A stretch of 64,000 nucleotides of DNA. It comes from Lingula anatina. Its lineage: Eukaryota > Animalia > Brachiopoda. Positions 44,618 through 59,600 of this stretch are shown in pieces (the first letter of the stretch is position 1; every line of letters begins with the position of its first letter). The notes beneath the pieces are model-generated. The model searched no databases and was not told where the DNA came from. It saw only the letters and a program-made list of their open reading frames with translations. The position numbers were made by a program, and so were the translations under genes. The DNA lies in NCBI GenBank assembly GCA_051362555.1, contig CM120640.1, forward strand, positions 65,822,788-65,886,787, read 5' to 3'.

Positions 44618-47600
44618 TTAGGACTTGAATCTCTCCAAGGTAATCAAATCAATCAAAATAGAAATGGCAGGGTTGTCTGAAATGAAAACAAAACACCACT
44701 GTCTTGATAAATTTAAAAACTATCTTTAAAATGCAATTTTCAAACAAAAACTGGACAGTAAGGCTGACCAACATGCAGGCATTTTAATTTAAAAAGTGTA
44801 AGGAAGTCAAGAGTTTCAAGGAAGAACAGTAATAATAGACATTTATTTTAAAGGCAAAGTTTCTGATAATTTGTCTTGTTTTCATTATATCAGACACCAA
44901 AGAATGCCCTATCAAAGAAAATTCTCTTTGTTAATACATCTATATCTTTGAATTGAACAGGTAAATTTGTATAATTCAGTGCATCAAAATAATTACTCAT
45001 TATATCATTAAAATTTGGTGTTGAGGGGATATTGTTGAAATTTTAAGAATTTTTATTACTATAAAAATAAATAAAGTGGAAACCTTTCGCAGCTCACCTT
45101 TAAAATCCAAGCCTGGGTTTTCTAATTTATCTTTGAGCAGAGTATCAATCAGTGTCCTCAGTTCCTTGAATATCACAGCTGTCTTGGCAAAAGCCTGGAA
45201 AAAACATACAATTATATAAAATATAAATAAAAGTTTTATAACACACAGCCTATACCAAGGTGTACGTCCACCACTTTATTTCAAGAAATGTTTTTGACAA
45301 ACTGGTGAATGTCTAAAGTCCAATAATATATATATATAAATATACATAATATATATAAATTTATTTTCTTTCAATTAAAGAAATTAAACATGCCTTAAAC
45401 TGTATCCAGTCATCCACAGTGATGAGTTGCTGTGTATGCTGTACTGTAATGTCTCCTCCAAACAACAAGATAGGGTATGGGGTTATTAGCGTGCTGTCCC
45501 GCATGTAGACCTTCGACAACTTGACCTACAATATGATAATTTGATACCATGTTTACAGACTATTCTGCATCATTTCGTCTGTATATTAAAAAATGTATCT
45601 TTGAAGATACCCAATTTTCTGCAAACATGAGAAGATGAAGTTCTTTTAAGTCTGTAGCAAGTCAGCTGATTAATAAAAAATACACACAAAATAACCTCAC
45701 CTTTTCATGGTACACCAGCCAGCCATTAGCTTCTAGAAATCTATTTACAGAACTAGGATGTGCATGTAGTGTTCCCTGTGGTGTTGTCCCAGTACACACA
45801 GTTCTAGATGGATTAGCCACAGCATCTACAGGCGGTTCATAACTGATCTGTGCCACATTGGGGTACAGTCCTGCTGCCAACACTGCCTTTACTAATGAGA
45901 TCTGCTTCATATTGAAACTATAGGAGGCATCACTGCTTGGTGTTTTACTGATCTCTAAAACTTCATCTTTTTTTGCTTTTGAAGTGTTAACTTGAGGAGA
46001 AACCTGCATTACTCTTTCCTTGTCAAATCCTATTTTTTGGATAAGTTTAGTCAAGTCTTCTTTTACATTCTGCAATTTGAAAATCAATTTATGTATTAAG
46101 TTTTATAATGTATATCAACAAAAAAGGAGAAATCACATTTTCAACAGTTTTGAATCATTTTCTTGTATCTAACAACCTAAAAAAGGAAATGCAGGTAAAC
46201 ATCTCAAGTCTTGCGAAAGACTTACTAGTCTAACTAAATTGCTCAGTTAAATATCAGACTTCACCTGCATTTCAATCAATGATTGCCTCTTCAGATAGTG
46301 TTTCTGGCAGTATGAACTTTCAGCTTGTCTTCCTCGTGTCTGGGCATCTTTCCAACTAAAAAGCAACAATAGAGATTTAAAAACAAAAGGTCCATAATTG
46401 CTATCTACACATAACACACATCAATTTTCACCCTCACTGCCATTCATACAATGTTCCTACTATTCAAATTTATATTACAACAAAAAACATTGTACTTTTA
46501 CTACAACAAACTGAAATCACAACAGTTAATTAATTAAACCATAAACAATTAAACTGTGACTTGTATAGTTCTGAACTGCATTTGAATTCCTCCTGAAATA
46601 AAAACAAATCATTCAAAGATCAATGTCTTCTGCATATCACTCACCCATAGTAAGCCTTGCATATAGTGAGATGGTCGGAGGCAGCTACAGCCAGAGCCTG
46701 CTTGGCCAGATTGGCTTGTTCTCTCTGGTTAAATGGAGCAACAAAGGGAGGCTTACTGGTCAGAGCTGCAGCTATCACAGACTAGAATACAACAGAGAGC
46801 AGTAGTTTGAAGTAGCAACAGGTACTTGTTGGGACCAGTTTAACTGGTACAGTACAAAATGTATGCCTTACTGTTCCATTATCATTTATTCATGAAATAT
46901 ATGTAAGTCTGACTTCAATATTAAAATTAAATAACAGAAATGCTCAAGACAGAAAACAACAACAACAATAGACACAAATGATGCAGGGCAAAAGTCAAAG
47001 GAGCCAAAGTCCAGCATCAAACTTACAATGGGCTCTAGGCAGCCAAGCATAGCACCATAAAGTAACATCTTCCCTATTCTCACACTGACCGGCAGTGTGG
47101 CCAAATGGTGACCAAGAGGGGTCAGTGTAGCAGGCTGACCAGTGCAAGCCCCTACCTCCCTCAGTAAGCACATGGCCTTGGTCACAGACTGTGCCTTAGG
47201 GGGGTCCAGGGCTTGGGACAAGAAAGTGGTGGGATCTCCTTGTTCAGTTTTCTAAAAATTCAAGAAAACCATGTTAAACCATTTTTTACCAAACTAACTT
47301 GTTTCAAATATATTGGTATCTAGCAAAAAATTAAATTCCATCATTTTTTAAAATTTTAATTCAGCAGAAAAACTATTATAAAGATAAAAAATTGTTGGTG
47401 CTATTACTTTTTCTTTATTATTTAAAAGAAACTATTGTAAAATGATGTCTAAAAGATAATTATTTTTCATGATGAATTTTAACCTACCAGGATATGGAGG
47501 CAAAGTTCTTCCAAAGGAACTCTCAATATTTCTGGGGTAGAGTAGGACTTCATCAAGTCATACCTAATAGGAGAAACATTTATTATTCACATACGTCTAT

Positions 47601-50600
47601 ATGGACATGTATCAAAACTGTAACAACAATTTTAGTATTCAGTTCTATAACTTTGGACATGTTAAGCCCCACCTAGAAGAAGCATTTTATAATCCAGTCA
47701 ATACTGTAATTTCTGTAGTACTAGTTGCAGCAGGAGAGTACTGGGGTAACTGGCCCTGGGGACCTGTCATGTTCTTACTTGTGTCTAGTGAAGAGCCTAA
47801 AGCACACTCCTGGTCTCACTCTGCCAGCTCTTCCCTGTCTCTGCTTGGCACTGGCCTGGCTGATATATACCTCCTCCAGGCTGCTCATCTGTTTGCTCTC
47901 TATGTACCTGAATAATAACATTTCAGAGTTTTTTTAGTAAGTTAGCTTGCCAATTCTATCCAATTTCTTTCCACTTACAAGTACCCACATTCTATAATGT
48001 GTTCAAGAATCAATTTTTACAAAAATACTTCCCAAGTTGAAAACAATTTTTTTCATCTGTTAAAAAGATTAATTACCATCATACCACACTTCCTTTCACT
48101 TTCAGCTCAGTCATTCATAATGTAAAATCACATCTAACAAATACTACAGACTGAGTGTCTAACATACACCGAATGCACACGCACACATACACATACACAC
48201 ACCCACATGCGTCTACCTGTTTTCCTTCACTTTTCCAGAATCAATGACAAAAACCACATCTGGAATAGTGATGCCAGTCTCAGCAATATTGGTTGCTATG
48301 ACTACCTTTCTGATCTCCTTGGGAGGGATGCTGAATGCCTTACTTTGATCTTTAGATGTCAAGACAGAGTGAAGGGGGACAATCCAGTATCTGAAACACA
48401 TAAATAGATATACACAATAAGTATATAGTACCACTGCATGAAAAATCAGCTTTTATATATCGTGAAAGGTGATCAAAAGGCCTTCTTTTATTCATCTTCT
48501 CACATCTTTCCAAGACCTTTCGTTTTTTTAGGAAAGGTGTAAAAGATGATCTTTTGAATGACTTTTGTATAAGTGAAAAGGTATACAAATGGCCCACTTT
48601 TCTTCACCTTTTCTCTACACAAAAGTTGAACTTTCATACACCTTTTGCTGCAAAAAGACGATCTTTTGCTTGAAGAAAAGGTATTCTCAAGTTCATCATT
48701 CATCAGCTTTTTGTATGCTAAAAGGTATATTAATGACCCACTTTTCTCTACCTTTTCCTGCCAAAAAGTCCAACTTTCAGATGCCTTTTGTGCAACTTTC
48801 CAGATACAAAAGATAGCCTTTTCAAACCTTTTTATTTAAGAAAAGACTATATTTTTCCTTCTTTTGTTAGGTATTTTACTGTTATATTTATTGCGGCGCT
48901 TTAATAATATATTGATAAAATAGAACAACACATGGCATAAACTTTTATAATTTATTCCATTATAACATTTTTGTGCAGGTTGCGCTTGTCTTTTGAAAGT
49001 TTTTTGATAATCCAAGGAACTTTGATTTTTTGTTTTGATAATCCAAGAAAGGCCCAGGAAATGTTCTCTAAATGTACTTTCAGCCAGATCCACTAGTCCT
49101 ACTATATATGCGTAACTTCTCGTTCTCGTGGGAGTAGTTTTTCTGGAAGCGTCTGTCAAGTGAACACTTTGCCTGCCCAAATCTTTCCCTTTTGCCTCCT
49201 GGAAAATAGGATGTATGTAATGATAAATATTGTTTTTTGGTAACAGTCCATTTTAATGCTAATCAAATACGATAAAAACAATGCCAACTTTTATTATGTT
49301 TAATTTTCAAACTATGGACTTAAAGCCATCAAAAGGCTTAAAACAGATTTTACAAGGTTTAAAAAGGATCCTATAATAGTACCTCTTCCTTTTTTCCATA
49401 TTTTTTGTTTAAGCTCATCCAGTCCTTTTGCTTGTTTTAGAACATCCTCCTACTTTTCAGATCTGTAGTATCTTTTAATGGCACCTGGTAAAGAAATAAA
49501 AAGAGTGAATTATTTGAATGTAATATCATGTAAAAAGTTTTCAATTAGGGAAATATGAATAATGAAATAGCTACAAGTAATGAAGAAAATATGCATTCAT
49601 GATCACTGATAGGCAACTTGATTGGGCCTTAGTTTTAGTCCATCCACTTTGTTTGCTTTTATATGCTATTCAGCCATGTAGAAAGCCTGTCTTTTAATAG
49701 CATCTGGAAAAGAAATAAAGAGATTTTTTAAGACAGCGAATTCTTTTAGTGTAATATCATACAAACAGTTTTCATTGATGAAAACATGATTACTGCTCAG
49801 GATTCATACAGCAACATAAAAGCAAATTGAAGGATTTCTGAGGCTCTAAATCAAGACCTTTTCAATGACTCTTTTAATGGCCTTACTGTCATTTTTAGTT
49901 TACATAGAAAAGAGGTGCATCATTTTACACAAACTTTGTATTTTAATACACTAATGACGAAACATGAGAAAAAATTGAAAGGTTAAAAAGGGCATTCCCC
50001 CAGCATGCTACTGTCTACATTCAGGTTAAAAACAACAAGATTCGTAATAATCATTCAACAAATTTCTAACTGATCAAATTCAAGTACTTTTTAAGACAAA
50101 AATAATGAAATACATGGCCTTGGTAAGGCTAATAGCAATTTCAAGTACTTTAAATGTCATAAACAGACTGAATACACATACAAGGCTACATTCAAGCAGT
50201 CAAAGTGCTGTTTGAACCCTGCGAGTGAACCAGTGCTGTTGTCGACATCGACAAATATATCACGTTATCACACCTACTGCAATGTCGCTGTAATAGGGTC
50301 ATGAATATTTGAGTACTTTTTGACAACGCTCACTATAAAAGCGAGCGCACACCACTTCTGGGTGCGGTCAGGTTTTTTCTCTTCGAAATGTAATAAGGTA
50401 AGACACGTAGAACACTTTGGATATGTACATATTTAGTTGTTCATTTATTTTGATATAAAAGATTTGTAAACCGTCGTCACCTATTAGTTATTCATTAAGT
50501 CAGGTGATATTAGTATAAAGTCATCTTTTTTATATCAATATATATATATTTAGTCGACATGTACATTATCCTTCTAGACAATTGCTTTCCTGGCCGCCAC

Positions 50601-53600
50601 GTTACTGTGTACTCAATTTTTAAGTTGCCGAATGTTGTGTAAGTACTATAGATATATATTTAATTTCATAGTTTAGTCATATTGTCGATATTTGCGTGTT
50701 CGTATCTCTCTCTCTCTCTCTCTCCATTCTTTATTTGCATTTGTGTGTACACTTAATGTAATATGTTTATTTATTATTATTATTATTTATCTATTTTACT
50801 TATTTTTTGTTTAGTTTCACCACATCAGAAAACGCCTCAGAACTCACTTCAGAACTCACCTCAGAATTCACCCCAGAATTCACCTTAGAATTCATTATAA
50901 ATAGCTACAAAATGTGCGTGAACAATAAAGGTGAAATTTAAAGATTTGTTTTGAGTTATTGACTGGTACGCAGTAACAAGTGCATTGATTATATAACCCT
51001 GCCTGGAATTTAGGTCAAGGAATGTAGGTCGACTCAATGGGATTAATACAGGCCAGTTTAATACATGTACAGAATCTTTACTTGTACGCGTGGCTGTACT
51101 TTGACGTAAACTTTTTGCAGTATTCTAATAAAAAGGTCAGAAAGTTTGATTAACTATTGTTTTACGATCGTGATAATCTTTTTTCGGCACGGTCTGTTCT
51201 CCGCTCATAAAAGCCCTCTTGGTCGTCCCTGACACGGATGTTCCCTTAAATATGATTGATTCAAATGTTATATTAGACCTACCTGATGCATTTACACCTT
51301 CTCTTCATCCTCATCAGTTATATTATCGCCGCAACAAACGCCATCTTGCAAAGAAGTCGACCATAATCAATACGGAGGCTTAAAAAATCTTCTGTGACCG
51401 GCCTACACAGCCTAGCAGTCCCTGCGCATTTTTAACCGCCTGGCCGTGCGCACGCGCAGATAGTCTGTAATGGGATATCTTTCGCGCCGATTTTCTAGCA
51501 TTGACCTAACGCTATATTAATGGCAAGAAGAACGCACCTTTTGCCTCTTGTTTTATTCAAGACTAAAACAGAAAGAGGCAATAATATAGATGATAAGACA
51601 GGGGGCAGCCGGTCATCATTTCACAAGGTAGGTGAAATAGTGATTTCAGTAATGTTCGCACAGTGTATCTTAACACAAATTATAGCCAAAGCATGCTTCT
51701 GGGATTAAAGCGGGATTCTTTCTCGAAGCACTGCATATTGCAGGGTAATTGAGCCGTCTCATGAGAAAGGATCGAATTATACTGAGTTTCATTGGGCTTG
51801 GCTTTTGTCTGTTCTAACGTTTGACCGGCTATACTCACTGTGAACTTTGGAAATATATCTGCACGTCCACGATACGGGGTAACAACAAGGGGTTATCATT
51901 TTAAAAGTGTGTCAAAATATTCCCATGTGTTGGATTACAAGGGGGGGGGGGCCTTGATGCACGACAACCAAATCACAGCTAGCGTGTAGTCTCATTTCCC
52001 CATTCAGATTCGGCCCAGGGACTTAAGCATAAAGAGTGGAGATTTCCATTGATGACATAATGACCAGGTCACATGATTATTAAATGAAACTTACGGTTCA
52101 GGATCGTAGCATGCTTTCCCATCTCTTTGGAGTTAAGTAAACTCTTTCCGAATTATTTTTATATGTGTTTAATGTTACATTTTGTAAAATTTATGAATTT
52201 AAAGCAAAAACACATTGAAATTTCAATGCTTATGTCACAGTGTTGTTACCCAGTATCGTGGATGTGCAGATATGGTAACGCTCAGCTTTAGCAATTGAAT
52301 TGTTTTGGTACTATATCATGATATGGCTTCAAATCCTTGAAATTCAAGCATAAACTTCCATGTTTCAATTATTCAGTATGTCTTTTCTTTTATAAAGGAA
52401 TGGGGTGTCCCAAGGATGAAAAAGGAGTGCCTGTCGTCACAAGAAAAGAGATGAACATCTAAAAGAAGGCTGCGTTTCTGTGTTCCTGTTACATGAATTC
52501 CCAGTCTGCAGCCACAATAGAAATTGTTAACCTACATGTATAACCTCACTGTGTTTACCTCAGACCCCCTCTCTGTCAGATTTATGGACTTAAACATGCT
52601 AAAATAGTAAAGGAGAGACTGACTTGCTCTGAGCAAGGAGAATAAGCAAACAGTTATGTATGGTTGATAATTTTCCTCTGATATTTAGATTAACTACAGC
52701 AGTGTAAGCAAGATGAATTAGGGATATGCAAACAGTTACAGTCTGTCAATAATATTACCATTTCCAATATAAACAAATTCAAACTGCATAGCTGATTACT
52801 ACTTATCTAACTTCAGTGAAATATTTCCATCATGCCCAGGGCCTTACTATTAGGGACTATGCATGAGATAAAACTTGCTCTCTGGAGCCTTAAACACATC
52901 ATAAGAATTGTAGAGTGGTTTTCTCCTTAGAAACGATCCCCTTGTCAGGCAAACTATGGAGAGGTGGCCTCTGGCATATATTGTAATTATTATTATTATT
53001 TTTTTTACTTGCTACAATCACTGCAAATACTGACATAACTGCAAATAACAAAGTTAGTGACGAGAGATCCTATAACCTTTTTTGTCAAGGAGAGGTGGTT
53101 TTCTGTTTAGAAATGATCCTCTAGCCAGGCAAATTATGGGGAGGTGACCTCAAACACTATTTTGACCTGCTACCATTAGTGCAAATACTGACATAACTGA
53201 AAATAACAAAGTAAGTGACGAGAGATCCTTAACCTTTTTTGTCAAGGAGGGGTGGTTTTCTGTTTAGAGACGATCCTCTAGCCAGGCAAATTATGGAGAG
53301 GTGACCTCAAACACTATTTTGACTTGGTGCAATCAATGCAAAAATCCTGACATTACTGAAAATAACAGTTAGTGACAAGAGATCCTATTGCCTTTTTTGT
53401 TGAGGAGGGGTGGTTTTCTGTTTAGAGACGATCCTCCAGCCAGGCAAATTATGGAGAGGTGACCTCAAGCACTTTTTTGACAGTCAATGCAAAAATCCTG
53501 ACATAACTGATAAATGAGACAGCAACGATAGCTTCTGTCCAGAGGTTTTTTTTTTTTTTTTTTTTTTGTCATGGCGATGGAGATCATTTCCTGTGAAAGA

Positions 53601-56600
53601 AATTATCTAGGCAAATATGGAGATGTGACCTCTGACATATAAATTTTTGATTTGCTGTATTTAAATCCTGACAATATTGGAATAAAAATATAAGTTACTT
53701 TCGATTCTGAAAGTTGTTTGTCGTTCAAAGCGTCAAAATTATATGTCTACCTCAGGTGGAAGGCGATGAACATTTCTTTCACTGCACTGAATGCTATATA
53801 TTTGTACATATACTCCGGCCAATCTACGATTATGTAATTATTTCTCCAAAATGCAAAGCACCACATTTAATCTATCTGTTGAATACTTTAATCTAAGTCC
53901 AAAACATTTCATCATGCAAACAATTTGCAAAAGTATTCGCTTTTTCCATACTGCGCTTACTGTAAAATGGGGAATTAAGTCATGTACATAAAATAAAAAG
54001 TATATATACAAAAGATCACCACGCGATATTATAAAGTCAGTTTTAAGCTTTCGGAAAATAAAAGATAAACAAAATGTGACCTTTCCAGTTAACAAAAACG
54101 GAATGTAAGGTGGCCTTTCGCACTGTAAAAGGTGATAGTTGAACTTTTGAAAACTGAAAGTTAATGAAAATGTGAATGATGGTCTTTCCGAGAGATAAAA
54201 GTTGATAAAAAGATGACCTTTTACAACTGAAAGGTGAAAGATGACCTTTTCGTCAGGAAAAGATGATCAAAGATGAGGGATCATCTTTCGATAACATTTT
54301 GTAGATAAATGAAAGGCAATAAAAGGTGTTTTTTCATGCAGTGTACACATTTTGATATAAAATATACTTTGATGTCCAAAAGAAGGATGTACCTTGGTGA
54401 ACCACATCTGAGAGTTGGTCTATGCCTGAATATAGTTCTGCTGAATGCCTTCTTAGTTTCTGCTGAAAATCTTCAATAGGACTGCATGTTTGAAATAAAA
54501 TAACACACTGTTATTTAATGAAATGATGTTTTTCACCTGCTTTCATCAGAAAATGTCTTGTCTGTCATGAGGCTGTCATAACACTCCTGGATGTCCAGCA
54601 GTCCAGGCAGGAAGATCAGTACAGCACCATCAAGACCACAGAAATCTGCAGAACTTTCCACAAAATGGATCAGATCCTGGAGAGGAAATGTAAAAACTAA
54701 TTGGTACTGATAAAATTAATAAATACATATTGGTTTTGAGTGGTGTATGCATATGAGTATTCTACAACTAATTAGATGGTTTTTATAATTTTCATAGCTA
54801 TTGCCATCTCTTCATTTTGGCTTCATTGAATTGCAATTATTGAGGTAAAATCTTTACCCCAGAAGAGACATATTTGCTTACCACAATCAGCTCCATATTA
54901 ATTCTCTCAGGATTCATTAGTGAAACTGCTTTTCTTGTCTTCAAACTATAGACACTGGGGTCAAGGCCACTCTACAAGTGAGATACATATTAGTTTTATT
55001 TCAGCACAACTCAATATCAATGACTATATCAATGATTTAAATAAAAGACAATAACTGTAAACAAGTCATAACTATTAAAAGATACATACCACATCCCCAG
55101 CAGAAGGATCATCTTTTGTCCAGTAAACATCCATTTTGGAAGTATTTCCTCCATGTTCCGTCACAGACAATACAGCATGTTCCTGAAAACAAAAGAAAAA
55201 GATTCACATGCAGTTACCACATTTTCAGCTTTCTAACCTTATAACACTAATATTTTAATATGAACTGAAATAGTGTTTAAAATTGTAAATTAAAGCATGT
55301 ACCTCATTTTCTTGATTCTTTAGGGCATATTTGGAATCTTCTTCTAAAACATAACCACTTTTTTCTATGACATCTTCCAAATAAAGCACCTGCAAAAACA
55401 AATCAATTATAAGACACAGTGATTGGCAATGTGACATCCACATTCCGTGGACTTATCATAAACAGAGCAATACTATTTATTAAAGTCATCTTGGTATGCA
55501 GACATTATTTCAACACAATGCTCTATGGTATTGAAAATGACCATGTATAATCTGCCTAATAGTCACAAAGGAATCACTGAAAAAAATGTTTCTAACATTT
55601 TAAAAGTACACCCTACAAAAAAGGGCAGTGCCCTAGTATTTTCTCACATACCTCTACAGGGAAAGTTCTCCCAGGTATGTGCAGCACAGGGCAGTGCTGG
55701 AAGTAAGAGGAGAACTTGTGGCTGTCCACAGTTGCACTCATCAGAATCACCTTCAGGTCAGGCCTCAGAACCAACAGCTTCTTCAGTATTACCAACAGGA
55801 AATCTGACTGCATGCTACGTTCATGAACCTGAGAAAACAGTGCCATGATAACTATCCACTTTTGATGCAATAATTCAATGAACCCTGTTTACTTGCAATG
55901 CAATGGTAAGACTTCTTAAGATAATTCCAAACAACAAAAATTCAAAGTGACCTCTGAATATACATGAAAGAATCACTGAAAAGTAATGTGCTAAATAAAT
56001 CTTATACCTCATCTACTACAATATGAGTAACATCCTGTAAAGTGGCATCCTGCTGCATCTTCCTCAGTAGCACCCCAGTGGTACAGTAGACAAGCCTGGT
56101 AGTGTCACATATCCTGGACTCAAACCTGATCTGGTAGCCACAGAGGCTTGTCTTGCTACCTGGCGCCCCCTCTCCAAGCTCTTCTGACACTCTGTTGGCC
56201 AGGCTGATTGTAGAGATCCTGCGTGGCTCAGTGACAATTACATTGCAACTTTCTATACTGTCACGTCTTAGATATTCCTAAATAAGCAGAGGGTGTGAAA
56301 AGAGAGAACAGCATACATAAAATATTACTTCATATTTATTACTTTTTCTCTACAAACCATTCTAACAAAGGTTAGTAAAGAAAGTATATTTATAAGCAAT
56401 TGTTTTCAATGTGTTCTATCTAAAGCAATGATATAAGTACCTCAAGAATAAACTGTGGTATCTGTGTACTTTTCCCACTACCAGTTTCTCCAGCAATCAC
56501 AACAACTTGATTTCTACAGATGACATCAACAATGGCTCCTCGCTCCTGAAAGACTGGTAACTGGGTTCTGCTCTCAAGAAGCTTCTGATAGTTTGATTTC

Positions 56601-59600
56601 TTAGTTCTCTCTAGAAATTCCCTCTTCATGTGTTCAGACAGATACTTTTTCTTTTGCTGGTGTGGTTTTGTCTGTGTAGGTAAATCTGGCTCAGTCATTT
56701 CCTAAAAAAAACATTGGAACACTGTATGCCAATGCTAAATTGTTACTATGTATGAGAGGCTCCTAACTAACCTGCTTTACAGAGTCATTTAACAAAGTGC
56801 TACACTCTAACACATGCATAGTATTATTGACCAACTTAACCAAACGGAATATCAAAAAGAGCAAATTAAGATGAACCCAACAATATCTTAATTACCCAAT
56901 CATCAGCCAGATCTTCCCATGATCCTTCACTAGCATCCACCGTCTGCTCTTCTTCCTTTGTCAGGGATGGTGTGCTGCTGTCAGCATCCAACTTGAGTTT
57001 CTTCAACAATCTTGTGACTAGCTGATCTCTTGGCTAAAAAAAAAAGAAAGAAAAGTATTTTTATAGTCTGATATAAATACCATATATGACCAAATTTAAA
57101 AACCCTTGAAGTTTTTCCACTTCTTTTTTTAAAATCTGATAAACATTTAATTGCTAACAATTTTTTTACTATTGATAATTGTCCAAAATGCTTGCATCAT
57201 GATCCAACTTACTTTATTGGCTTCTTCTTTACGCTCTTGATGTTGTTTGGTCTCTGCGTCCTGCCACTCCATCCACACATCTCTGTATGGTGGCGGCAGC
57301 AGCTGGTACACTCTCTACAACATAGAAAACATATTATGTCAGGAAAAAATGTACAACTTGGTTCACAACTGAAGTCTTAATCTGTTCAATGACAGGTGGT
57401 TATTGGAAACAAGTAAAACCACATCAGTGCTTGAAATAGCTATTAAGTTGCAAATAATACATCTCTGCGAGTAGAAAAGCTGTAAGTGATGTATACTTTT
57501 GAGTAAAATTTCATCAGATAAGACATTAAATCTACCTGTCCTTTACACAGGTGGTACAAAGCTAAAGTTGCAGCCACATGTTCTGCCTCCTTTACATTCT
57601 CACACACAATATCTGAGCAAACTTCCAAGAAATCATCTTTACTGCGCTGAATTTTTGCCCTGACAAAAAAAAAATAAAGCGGTGTGATAAACATCATCTG
57701 TTTATTATTTTACAAAGATAATGGCCACAAGACAGTATTTTTTAATCAACAGGACAGTGATTAATGAAAATGCTGACACAACTTTACAATACTAAGTCAC
57801 AAATGTGCTATATAATTTCATACAAAACTTTAACAGTAAATAAAACACTAAATCCCAATTAGAAGCATTTACCTGCACCTAAACAAGTTTGACCTCACAT
57901 CTATTCTGTGGAATGAAGGTGGTTTACTTTTAGGTAAGTTTTTCCTACACCAGTCAATCAGGAACTGTTTGGGAGACTTCCCTGTCCACTGTTTTCTGGT
58001 ATATTCAAAAGTTCTGATATCCAAATCTTTTCTTGATGGTACTTTGGTAGGAGAAGGCTTTTCTGAAAAGAGCATTTCAATCCTTGCAAATTACAACATG
58101 CAAATGCATTTCTTTGCCTAATGCCCAAACATTTTGGGGAAATATCTGTACTAGACTGTTGAAGTTTTTTGTAAAAATAAAAAAATACATAAGAAACCAC
58201 CTACCATCTTTTTCAGCAGCCTGCTCAAATAGTGCAAAACCAAGCCCTTCTTCTTCTACATCTTTTGCAGGTTCTTTTTGAGGCAGCAGTTCTTCCGATT
58301 TGACCTCCTCTTTGACCCCTTTGATACTTACAGCAGGGTTAAAATTTGGATGCTTTTCTAGGACAGAGATCTCTGCAAAGAAAAGTAACATACTGTAAAT
58401 ACCAATATTCATAAAAAAAACACAGGTCTGTCACAAGAAATTTAGATTCAATCTCAAACAAATCATCTTAATCTTCACTCAGATTAAGTTTTTATGAAAA
58501 AGATTTCAGTCCTAACATCAGGAAGTACACTATTGGCTGTCCTATCATTTGACAACTTTTTTGCCACACTGACTGCTCGATGACACTGCAAGTTTATAGA
58601 TGGATTGAACAGTAAGGAGAAGGAGATGAAGTGTGCTTTTTGAATTTAAGATCAATGACCTAAAACCAAAACTGACGATTAAGGTTCAACCAAGTGAGCC
58701 TAACTTATGATATTATTTTTCAATGGAGAGCAGTACACCTCAACAGTTATAAACATATTTCTTTGTTAATTAATAACTGACTAGTAACAAATTTTCTAAC
58801 AGGCTACTATTATTGTGTAATGTCTGTTAACAAAAAATGCAGTGCGTACCTTGTAAGTATTGTCTAATTTTGGCTGAGGCTGCCATCTGTGTTTTCTTGT
58901 CTCCATGCTGCTTGGCTTGACTAGCTTCCTCCTTGGCATCCATCAGCTTGGCAGTAGCTAGGAGATACTGCTCATTCTGAAGTACACAATGTGAACATCA
59001 CAACTATCCTCTTCTACAATAATTTATTTGATGTCCATGCCAAAGGTGATGAAGATGACGACTATTTACAGTATACCAGATTATGACCATATGTCTACTG
59101 GAAATATCAAAGGGAAATTATCAAAATGTCACTAGCTTCAAACATTTTCACTTACTGGGTCTATGTCTTCTTCTTTCACATTTCCACCCCCATCAAAATC
59201 TTCTTCATCATCTGACTCTTCCTCCATGTACTGAAGTATCCAAGACTTCATATCTGTTTCTTTACTTTGATCCTGCAAAAAAGAAAGACATTCTGATTCA
59301 ATTCAGAACATAAAACAATAGGTAACATATGGCCAAGTTGTAGTCAAATTCAGTGCAGCATGTGACAATGCACTTAACAGCCCACTAGTTCAATTTTTCT
59401 TTGGCATAATGTTACAGTATATAAATCTGAAAAACTTAAAGCATTTCTATAAAGTTTGCTCATTGTCTCTGTCTTGCAAATTAAAATATCAATTATATAA
59501 CTATATTATTGTGAAGATGCACTACACTATACCTTTGCAGTTTTGTCTTTAGATTCCAGCACCTCTGGAGTGGCATTCTCTTGCACTTTGCTGGAACTAC

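Larger units (their letters stand above)
48432..54343. mobile_element. 5.9-kb CACTA/EnSpm (CMC)-type element in a DHX29 intron, apparently non-autonomous
   Basis: TIR CACTGCATGAAAAA at 48432 and TTTTTCATGCAGTG ending 54343; TAC direct repeat on both flanks (48429-48431, 54344-54346); dense AAAGATGACCTTTT-like subterminal repeats at both ends; no intact transposase seen. Confidence 0.9.
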
